In this document: positions 16,765 through 23,787 of the stretch, piece by piece
Layout of the letters: the number at the start of each line of letters is the position of its first letter
How positions within the stretch are numbered: position 1 is the stretch's first letter
The notes under the pieces: model-generated
Databases searched by the model: none
What the model saw: the letters and a program-made list of their open reading frames with translations, nothing else
What the model was told of the DNA's origin: nothing
Assembly (NCBI GenBank): GCA_021158055.1
Contig: JAGGVJ010000009.1
Coordinates: forward strand, 1-23,787
Origin: Candidatus Iainarchaeum sp.
GTDB lineage: Archaea > Iainarchaeota > Iainarchaeia > JAGGVJ01
DNA length: 23,787 bases
Direction of reading: 5' to 3'
Translations under genes and position numbers: made by a program

Positions 16765-17622
16765 ATGGGTATAATTGCTGATTGTTCCAGGGATTTGTTG
16801 AGTAGTTTCAACAGAAACAAACAAAATCTGCAGGATATTTTCGTGGAAAATATTTCTTTTGAATTTTTATATACAATGATTGGGCTTTCTGATGGTTCGC
16901 AGGGGATTGCACTTAATTACAATTATGCTGATCCATCTGGAACATCCGGAACAAAGTTTATGGGGTGTGATTGTGAATCTGTTTTGAAGAAAAATGCCTT
17001 TGGTCTGACTGAATTGTCAGCAAAAGTAGCTACAATGAGTGCTCTTTCCCAGCGGTTTTTTAATAAGAGGGAGATGGGGAAGATAGATGTTGATTTTCAG
17101 AAAGATAAATTTATGCTGGATTCTATTGTCAGGGATAATGAAACGGTTTCAATAGTTGGTTGGGGCGGATTGCTGGATGCTGCCGGCATGTCAAACGCAC
17201 GGAAAGTCAATGTTGTTGAGCTTCAGTACAATCGGTTGACATGTAAAAGGTTTGATGGTGCCTGTGAAAAATTGGGGCGCGTTTTCAATAAGCAGATTTC
17301 TTGTTTTGGCACTGATAAAATGGGCGTCCTTTTGGAGTCGGATGTGATATGCATTACAGCATCTGCTCTATGCAACAACACGATGGAGGATATTCTTTCT
17401 TATTGCAGTAATGCAAGGGAAGTCATAGTTCACGGGCCCAGTGGAAGTATATTTCCCAGTGCATTTTTTAACAGTGGCGTTACAGGTGTTTTGACATATC
17501 TTGTAAATGTTGATTTATTTAGTCTTAGCAAGAAAACGCCGGATATTGCAAGAGAACCAAATAAATATCTGGAGGGGGTTTATCTCAAAAAAAGCAAAAA
17601 TTTCAAAATGGTTGAGGGATAA
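16765..17622 (+). CDS. DUF364 / Rossmann-like domain protein (putative metal chelation)
   Basis: VSIVG, VNVVEL, DVICITASALCNNTMEDIL, HGPSGSIFP...GV match the DUF364 pattern; TTATAAAA box about 25 nt upstream. Confidence 0.85.
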   Translation: MGIIADCSRDLLSSFNRNKQNLQDIFVENISFEFLYTMIGLSDGSQGIALNYNYADPSGTSGTKFMGCDCESVLKKNAFGLTELSAKVATMSALSQRFFNKREMGKIDVDFQKDKFMLDSIVRDNETVSIVGWGGLLDAAGMSNARKVNVVELQYNRLTCKRFDGACEKLGRVFNKQISCFGTDKMGVLLESDVICITASALCNNTMEDILSYCSNAREVIVHGPSGSIFPSAFFNSGVTGVLTYLVNVDLFSLSKKTPDIAREPNKYLEGVYLKKSKNFKMVEG

Positions 17623-17642
17623 CTGAAAGTACCAATCAAAAT

Positions 17643-18086
17643 TTATTTGGGCGGACGCCATGGTTTGGTGATTCCGTTCGGATCATCAAGATAGCTTTTG
17701 GATTCTTCTTCTATTTCTTTGCAGATTTCTGTACTTGCGGGTCTGGTGCTGTCTTGGTTATTGAGTGCATTTGACATTGTCAGCGCAAGTGATGTGAGTG
17801 ATTCTCTTAGCGCTTGATTTCTAATTGTTTTTTCTACAAAAACAGAATACTCAATTAGTTTATTGTTAAAGGTTTCACCGACATCTTTTGATATTTCTTT
17901 GTCTTCTTTTTGCCTGATGCTGACAAGAATTTCATTTTCAACATCTCCGTCCAGCATTACGAAATAATTATTAACGAAGTCATTTGCTGCAAGAGTTATC
18001 ACTGGCAGTGGGTATATTGAAGGATCAATAGAGACTAGAATATGTCTTTTTGATTCATCTATTCTGAAATTGTTCATTTTTTCCAT
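17643..18086 (-). CDS. hxsD: HxsD-like protein (His-Xaa-Ser system accessory)
   Basis: VSIDPSIYPLPVITLAA...YFVMLDG and ETFNNKLIEY...NQALRE...AL follow the HxsD pattern; C-terminal DDPNGITKPW; AGAGGA RBS. Confidence 0.7.
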   Translation of the reverse strand: MEKMNNFRIDESKRHILVSIDPSIYPLPVITLAANDFVNNYFVMLDGDVENEILVSIRQKEDKEISKDVGETFNNKLIEYSVFVEKTIRNQALRESLTSLALTMSNALNNQDSTRPASTEICKEIEEESKSYLDDPNGITKPWRPPK

Positions 18087-18186
18087 GCAATCCTCTTACA
18101 GATAACTTCAATAAAATGCGTCTATTTTTCTACGGTTTTTTGCATTTATAAATGTTTGTGGATGTAGCATATGTATTTTCGTTATT

Positions 18187-19266
18187 TCAGTATCTGTTGG
18201 AATAGTCCTCTTCGCATCCTTTTTGAATGTCTGTTTGGTCAATCATTTTGCATATTGTGATGTCTTTTTGCCTTATGGCCCCACCTGTGAAGCAATCCCA
18301 TTTTATTTTATCGATTGTTAAGCTTTCGCATAGTGTCGGATTGACCCGACTATATAATCTGGATAAGCATATCTCTTTTTTGTGGGAAGTTGACATTCTG
18401 TCACAAAGAGATTCATCGTTTATACGCCCGGAAACAAGTTCAATTATGCAATCGTCTTTTAAATTTTGATCTGATATGTAGTTGCATAAATCAGCATTGT
18501 ATTTGCGTTTGGCAAGGGTTTGGTAGCAGTTATCTTTTATGCCTTGGTCGTTTATTGAGTCACAGTATTGAGTCATATCCGATTGGTTGTCTTTGTTTGT
18601 TGAATCAGTATTCGAAAATAAAAACCGTGCAACCGCAGCATAACATGATGATGCGACTGATTGGTCGTTGATGAGGGCGCAGAAATTTTTGTCCTGTCTG
18701 TCCAGACCAAGATGGTAATTACACTTGTCTTTTAGGTTTTTGTCAGACACCGCGTTGCAGCTACCTGCATTTCCGGAAATGACTGAATAGTAATAAATGC
18801 AATTGTCTCTTTCATCACCAAGCGAATCGCATACTTCCGGGTTATTTTGCGAAACTGCATGAGTTACCGCACATTCCATGTCTGAAGGCGCAGGAATTGT
18901 TTCAGCGGAGCACCGGTTTATTCCATGATAATTGTCAAGAGAGTGTAAGCAATTGTTTCTAATTGTTGGTTCGCTTTTGATTTTCAGGCAGTTTGAACGA
19001 TTGTTTGTCACTTCGGCAGATAGTAAGTAACAAAAGCCTTTGTATCTTGAACTCTTTGCGTTTTCAACAATAATTGAGTCACAGTGTTTTGATGGCTCTG
19101 GGCTTTCAAGAGCCAGGGCCAGCCAGTTAAAATCAAGATTTCCGTTTTCGGTTTTCCAGCTTTCATTTTTTTCAGAAAAATTGTTTTCGCTGGAAATGCA
19201 TCCAATAAAGATTGCAATTGATAAAATGCTGATAAATACTGTTCCCTTAATTTTTGCATTGAACAT
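18187..19266 (-). CDS. Lipoprotein-like protein with 11 Cys-pair helical repeats
   Basis: Signal peptide ending FIGC; repeated C-x2-I-x-D-x3-K-D-x-C units such as CDSINDQGIKDNC and CNYISDQNLKDDC. Confidence 0.88.
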   Translation of the reverse strand: MFNAKIKGTVFISILSIAIFIGCISSENNFSEKNESWKTENGNLDFNWLALALESPEPSKHCDSIIVENAKSSRYKGFCYLLSAEVTNNRSNCLKIKSEPTIRNNCLHSLDNYHGINRCSAETIPAPSDMECAVTHAVSQNNPEVCDSLGDERDNCIYYYSVISGNAGSCNAVSDKNLKDKCNYHLGLDRQDKNFCALINDQSVASSCYAAVARFLFSNTDSTNKDNQSDMTQYCDSINDQGIKDNCYQTLAKRKYNADLCNYISDQNLKDDCIIELVSGRINDESLCDRMSTSHKKEICLSRLYSRVNPTLCESLTIDKIKWDCFTGGAIRQKDITICKMIDQTDIQKGCEEDYSNRY

Positions 19267-19489
19267 AATAAACGTTATTGAAGTTCACAATAAATAACTT
19301 TTGGTTGGTGGCCGGTTTTTGTTTTGCTTGCAATAGCCTCAGTTTGATACGTGGGATTAAAAACATATGGCGTAACTATCTAATGGTGGTAAAAATTAAG
19401 CGGGAGAATGCATGTGCAGTAGAGCATGGAAAAATAAATTATAAAATCCAACTATCTGATTATAAATTGATAAAAAGAGCAGATATACT

Positions 19490-20455
19490 ATGGTAAATAG
19501 TGTTGACCTTAATATCGGCACAATGTGCAACAATAATTGCCGGTTTTGTGTAGTTGATCACAGCAGGAATCCAACACATGATTGTTTTGAAGATATAGAA
19601 AAAGAACTTGAAGCATTCAGAGAAAAGGGCGTAGAATCAGTGGCTTTCCTTGGTGGTGAAGCTACAATTCGCAGAGATATCATTGAAATGATTTCGCTTG
19701 CGAAAAAACTTGGTTACGCTAAAATCCGGATTGTGAGCAATGGGAGGATGTATTGCTATCCTGATTTTTTGGAAAAAATTATCAAAGCAGGGGTGAACAG
19801 GTTTTCTGTTTCAATACATGCTCACAATGCGTCACTTGGGGATTACCTGTCAAGATCCAAAGGCAGTTTCACGCAGACAACAACAGGGATAAAAAATATA
19901 TGCAAAATGGGTTTTTCGTTAGACACAAATACCGTGATAAACAAATTAAATTACAAGCACCTTCCTGAAATTGTATTATTCTTAAATAATCTGGGCGTAA
20001 ACAACATGCATTTTTCAGTCATAAATCCGATGGGAAATGCAATGACTAATTTTGATGAGATGGTGCCCACGCTGACTGAAATTTCACCTTATATAAAAAA
20101 ATCACTGAAAATCTGTGACAAGAATAACATTTATTTAACCATTGATTCTCTTCCCTTTTGCATACTGCCGGAGTGCAACAGATACAAAAGCGAACTTTAT
20201 GATATTTTAACGCACGTTAGTTTTTCAAAAGGGAATGAAAGAGATCGATTTTATTGGCAGGAACGCAAAAAAAACAAACTAAAAACAAAACCAAAAAAAT
20301 GTTGTTCATGCAGGTATTTTGGGGTTTGTGAGGGAATTTGGAAAGGTTATGCCAAAAAATTTGGGTTTAAAGAAATACTCCCGATAAATGGGGTAGAAAT
20401 ACACAATCTCGATCAAATGAAAAGAATTCAGGGACAAGGATTAAAAGACATATGA
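19490..20455 (+). CDS. Radical SAM protein, HxsC-like
   Basis: CNNNCRFC, LGGEAT, VSNGR, VSIHA, SLPFC, KKCCSCRYFGVCEG; TTATAAA box about 23 nt before the ATG. Confidence 0.93.
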   Translation: MVNSVDLNIGTMCNNNCRFCVVDHSRNPTHDCFEDIEKELEAFREKGVESVAFLGGEATIRRDIIEMISLAKKLGYAKIRIVSNGRMYCYPDFLEKIIKAGVNRFSVSIHAHNASLGDYLSRSKGSFTQTTTGIKNICKMGFSLDTNTVINKLNYKHLPEIVLFLNNLGVNNMHFSVINPMGNAMTNFDEMVPTLTEISPYIKKSLKICDKNNIYLTIDSLPFCILPECNRYKSELYDILTHVSFSKGNERDRFYWQERKKNKLKTKPKKCCSCRYFGVCEGIWKGYAKKFGFKEILPINGVEIHNLDQMKRIQGQGLKDI

Positions 20456-20544
20456 ATTCTGAATGGTTTAATTTACAAATGAAAAGCCACAGTTATAGGA
20501 TATGGTGTCAGATTCTGAAATATCACAGCGCATTGGGAAAGTAA
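20452..20544 (+). CDS. Possible 30-aa peptide MNSEWFNLQMKSHSYRIWCQILKYHSALGK
   Basis: ATGA overlap with the radical SAM stop; ends 4 nt before the next ATG; too short for the supplied ORF track; may be chance. Confidence 0.3.
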   Translation: MNSEWFNLQMKSHSYRIWCQILKYHSALGK

Positions 20545-20548
20545 TATT

Positions 20549-23044
20549 ATGGTTATTGAAAGTTCTGATGACAGGAACACATTTTTTTTTGACCTTTCGT
20601 TAGTTGATTATAAATGCATTAGCAAAACCAGGTTAAAATATTTTTTCAAGGAAGCGGTGGAAAGATATAAGAGAATTGTGTTTGAGAAAATAGAACCGGT
20701 TGAACACAAGTTCTTTTCTGAAATTATGAAAGATGCGAAAGATGCTGGATTTGAAGAAGTAATAATTACCACAAGTGGGAAAATCCCCCTTGAATCTTCT
20801 TTTTTTTTGAACTACAAATCATTTGGTTTAACATCAATAGCATTTTTTGTTGATAATAGTTTTTGCGAAGCGACTAAGAAGAACATGCTTGTGACAAGTT
20901 CTAACATTGAAAAGCAGGGGTTGTCCTGTTATTCTGTGGAAGTTTGTTTATCCCCCTCCAATTATAAAATGTGTTTAGAGACCTGTAAGTTTGCTGTGAA
21001 TCAACTCAATGCAAAGACAATCTGCTTTTCCCTGGATTTTCCTTTTGTTTGCGGCAGTAGTGAGAAAACATTTTTGTCAGAATCTGTAAAAACACAGTTT
21101 GGTCTGGCTGTTGACTGGTTGAGAAAAAAAGGAATTGATATCCAGACCAAAGGAATTCAGATAGCAGATTTGGAGGGGGGATTTGAAGAATTTATTGAAT
21201 CTTTCGGAGTTACTTGCAGCAGGATCTATTCAAGATCACCGGCGTTCCGTTCATATGGATTTACGACTCCTCTTTGTTTTGGATTGGATTGCAATTCGTG
21301 TGGTTGCAAGTCAATCTGTATTGAAATAAGCTGCATAAATAAATCTCTTCAGGAGCGTGCCGGTTTGGACACAGTGATGATTGATCTGGGAAATTCGTGC
21401 AATAACACATTAAAAACTTTTTCAAAAGTAAGGGATGAATTAATAATGATGAAAAAAGGAGGTTTTTCATCAGTTGTCTTCAGTGGGATTGAACCTGTTA
21501 ATTCTCCTTATTTTTGCGATTTGGTTTCCTTTTCACGCGAATTGGGTTTCAAAGAAGTGAGTGTGGCATGTGGAGGGTGGCATTTTTCAGACAAGTCATT
21601 TTGTCAGGCAGCAGAAAAAGCAGGACTCAAAAAAGTTATTATAAATGTTTTTGCGGGGGAACCGGAAACTTATTGCAGGATAGCCGGTTCACAATCCTCG
21701 GTTTCTGATTTTGAGAGGTGGCAAATGGGAATTGAGAATGTTGTGAATGCCGGTTTTGAAACAGAGTTTGTTGTTAATATCATGAAGAAAAATTTTTTTA
21801 GTCTGCCTAGTATTTCGGAATTTTTAAAGCAATTTAAATCAAAAATTATTTTTAAGTATGTTAATCCTATTTATGGCGTTAAAGATGATAATTCATTAAA
21901 AAAGGAAGATATTTTGAGGTTCAAAGAGCTTGAGCCTTATCTGGTCAAAGCGGTTTCTGGGCTTGAGTCAGAATTTACCCTGCGGGATTTTCCTTTCTGT
22001 GCGGTATCTCATATCAGTGGATTTAGTGAAGTTATTGAGTCAGATTTAAAAATCAAGGTTGAATCAAACTATATTGAGGATGTGTTTCATCTTAGGCGTG
22101 GTTTGATGGTCCCTGAATTTTTTGAACATATTCGTGACATTGTAAAGAAATCTTTTTTTGATGAAAGTCCCAAGTTGAGTTTTCCGTTTAGGGTTGATCC
22201 GCTGAAATTCGCATCTTTTTATAAATATCACGGGAAAACAAAATCAGTTTTGTGCAATGATTGTGTGCATTATCCATATTGCGATGGAATTTTTGAAACA
22301 CATGCCCGAGCAGGCGGGTTTGCTGAATTGACCTGCATTCATTCAGGAGCAGATGGGAAAAAACAAGGGGATAAATGCATTTCAAATCAGCTTGAAAGGA
22401 TGAAAAAGAACAGGAAAGAAGCAGTAGAAGTGCTTAAAACAAACGTTGAATTTACTGAACGGATATGTGAATATCAAAAGGAAAAAGATTATCTGATTAA
22501 TAATCCCCTGCCAAAAGATTTAGTCATGAGGAGGTTATCCGGACTGGCAAAAATAGTTGTGCCAAAGATCATTTGTAATGCAAGGGATTTTCTCAGACTT
22601 TACTATGGCTCAAACAGAAGGGTCGGAATAGAAATAAAGGATGACCGTCAAAGGATGAAACAATTGGAACTTCTTCTGGAGGAAGTTGATTGTGCAGAAT
22701 CCCAGCAAATTTATCTTGAGAATAATTTTTCAGATTTGAAAGATTTTTTGGGTTACATGAAAAAAGCAGTACTCTTGAGGGAAAGATTGACTTCAGCTAT
22801 TCACTTGAATATATTTTTGCTGGATATTCTTACAAGAGACGTTGAAGGCAACACCACAGCCGAACAACGCAAATGTGTTTTCAATGCATTTGAGAGTTTA
22901 AGCGAAGAAGGCTCAAAAAAGGCGCTTGATGAATTGGATTCACTTTGGTTTGCGTTTGAGAGCCAGTCAAAGTTTTTCTTTAAAACCAAAAAAGGATTTA
23001 TTTTTTCTAAATTCCCGGTTTTTCATGAAACAAAATCACTTTAA
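20549..23044 (+). CDS. 831-aa protein with two degenerate radical SAM-like domains and a helical C-terminal domain
   Basis: Second domain has IDLGNSCNN (CxxC missing), FSGIEP, DFPFC and CNDCVHYPYCDG; first domain has EEVIITTSG and PLCFGLDCNSCGCKSIC with no CxxxCxxC. Confidence 0.8.
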   Translation: MVIESSDDRNTFFFDLSLVDYKCISKTRLKYFFKEAVERYKRIVFEKIEPVEHKFFSEIMKDAKDAGFEEVIITTSGKIPLESSFFLNYKSFGLTSIAFFVDNSFCEATKKNMLVTSSNIEKQGLSCYSVEVCLSPSNYKMCLETCKFAVNQLNAKTICFSLDFPFVCGSSEKTFLSESVKTQFGLAVDWLRKKGIDIQTKGIQIADLEGGFEEFIESFGVTCSRIYSRSPAFRSYGFTTPLCFGLDCNSCGCKSICIEISCINKSLQERAGLDTVMIDLGNSCNNTLKTFSKVRDELIMMKKGGFSSVVFSGIEPVNSPYFCDLVSFSRELGFKEVSVACGGWHFSDKSFCQAAEKAGLKKVIINVFAGEPETYCRIAGSQSSVSDFERWQMGIENVVNAGFETEFVVNIMKKNFFSLPSISEFLKQFKSKIIFKYVNPIYGVKDDNSLKKEDILRFKELEPYLVKAVSGLESEFTLRDFPFCAVSHISGFSEVIESDLKIKVESNYIEDVFHLRRGLMVPEFFEHIRDIVKKSFFDESPKLSFPFRVDPLKFASFYKYHGKTKSVLCNDCVHYPYCDGIFETHARAGGFAELTCIHSGADGKKQGDKCISNQLERMKKNRKEAVEVLKTNVEFTERICEYQKEKDYLINNPLPKDLVMRRLSGLAKIVVPKIICNARDFLRLYYGSNRRVGIEIKDDRQRMKQLELLLEEVDCAESQQIYLENNFSDLKDFLGYMKKAVLLRERLTSAIHLNIFLLDILTRDVEGNTTAEQRKCVFNAFESLSEEGSKKALDELDSLWFAFESQSKFFFKTKKGFIFSKFPVFHETKSL

Positions 23045-23787
23045 ATAGGATTAGTTTTTGTTAAGATCCATGTTTTGAAAGCAAGAAAAGTAATAAAATA
23101 TCTGCCACATTTGTTTTTTATAAAGCTATTTTCAATACTTAAAAGATGTTTGTTAATTGTTTTTAAGGGGATATTCAAAGTGTTAATAATATCTTTTTTT
23201 GAGAGACCGTCGTGAGTGGCAATTTCAGTCATGATTTTCAAGCATATGTTATTTTCTTTCTGCGTGGCGGCATTTATGTTTATTAGTTTTTGGAAATAAA
23301 TAGTGAAAATTGAGTTTTTTGAATATATTTCTTTTTCACAAAAGATTAAAAAAGAATTGTGATTAATGGGTTTTTCTGTTGAATTTATTTGAATCAAATA
23401 TTTTTCCAGGAGAAATTTGGCAATTAAAGGAAATCCATGAGAGTATTCAAATAAGATGTCAGTTATTTTTTTTATTTCACGGGTGGTTAGATTGTTTTTT
23501 GCAGATATTCCTAAAAAAAGCATTGGGAATAACTCAAGAATCTTCTCCGTAAATATTCTCATTTGGTGTTTCTTGAATGCTTTGATTTCAATTAGTTTTA
23601 TTCTTTCAATTTGTTTGCACAATTTTTTTGTTTTCTGCAGTTTTGATTTTTTGTTACAGGTACTACAAAAGATGAAAGAAACATTTTCTTGCTGCAAAAA
23701 AGCATTGATGAGTTTTTTTGAGTTGAAAGTCAATTCTTTTTTTTTGGAAAAAAAATGAAATTCATCTAAAATTATTATTGTTTTTTC
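23041..23787 (-). CDS. Archaeal AAA/STAND-like ATPase with C-terminal winged helix (5'-truncated at window edge)
   Basis: The frame stays open beyond TTG 23733 to the edge and reads EKTIIILDEFH (Walker B); SHGFPLIAK (GxP motif); HTH-like LSKKDIINTLNIPLKTINKHL then RYFI...FKTWI. Confidence 0.82.
   Translation of the reverse strand, partial: EKTIIILDEFHFFSKKKELTFNSKKLINAFLQQENVSFIFCSTCNKKSKLQKTKKLCKQIERIKLIEIKAFKKHQMRIFTEKILELFPMLFLGISAKNNLTTREIKKITDILFEYSHGFPLIAKFLLEKYLIQINSTEKPINHNSFLIFCEKEIYSKNSIFTIYFQKLININAATQKENNICLKIMTEIATHDGLSKKDIINTLNIPLKTINKHLLSIENSFIKNKCGRYFITFLAFKTWILTKTNPI

Noticed and set aside
19278-19496. 72-aa ORF upstream of the radical SAM gene as a precursor peptide
   Set aside because: TTG start with no RBS, overlaps both divergent TATA boxes, and has no precursor-like motif.
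20549-23044. 831-aa gene as a simple pseudogene
   Set aside because: No stops or frameshifts over 2.5 kb of AT-rich DNA, and the auxiliary Cys motifs are selectively retained.

Overview
Archaeal chromosome segment, most likely from a DPANN lineage. This is inferred from the Orc1/Cdc6, the archaeal-type YchF and endonuclease IV, TATA boxes about 24 nt before leaderless ATGs, GGTGA ribosome-binding sites and Cys-repeat surface proteins. Left end: a 5'-truncated type I restriction subunit hsdR coupled to a YgjP/M48-like zinc metalloprotease. Middle (about 3.7-11.7 kb): housekeeping-like block with a membrane-anchored transglutaminase-like protein, tRNA-Gly(GCC), ychF, cdc6, endonuclease IV, an atypical tRNA-Cys(GCA), several small unknown genes and a candidate structured ncRNA. 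Right half (11.7-23.8 kb): mosaic, mostly AT-richer accessory region. It holds two intact HxsC-like radical SAM enzymes, an 831-aa protein built from two degenerate copies of the same radical SAM domain, an HxsD-like protein, a DUF364 protein, a DUF4139 protein, two Cys-rich exported proteins and a truncated AAA ATPase-wHTH. The best candidate for an undescribed system is this archaeal His-Xaa-Ser-like radical SAM locus, which shows no HxsB and no His-Xaa-Ser precursor in the window. All family calls come from motif recognition by eye; no database searches were run.
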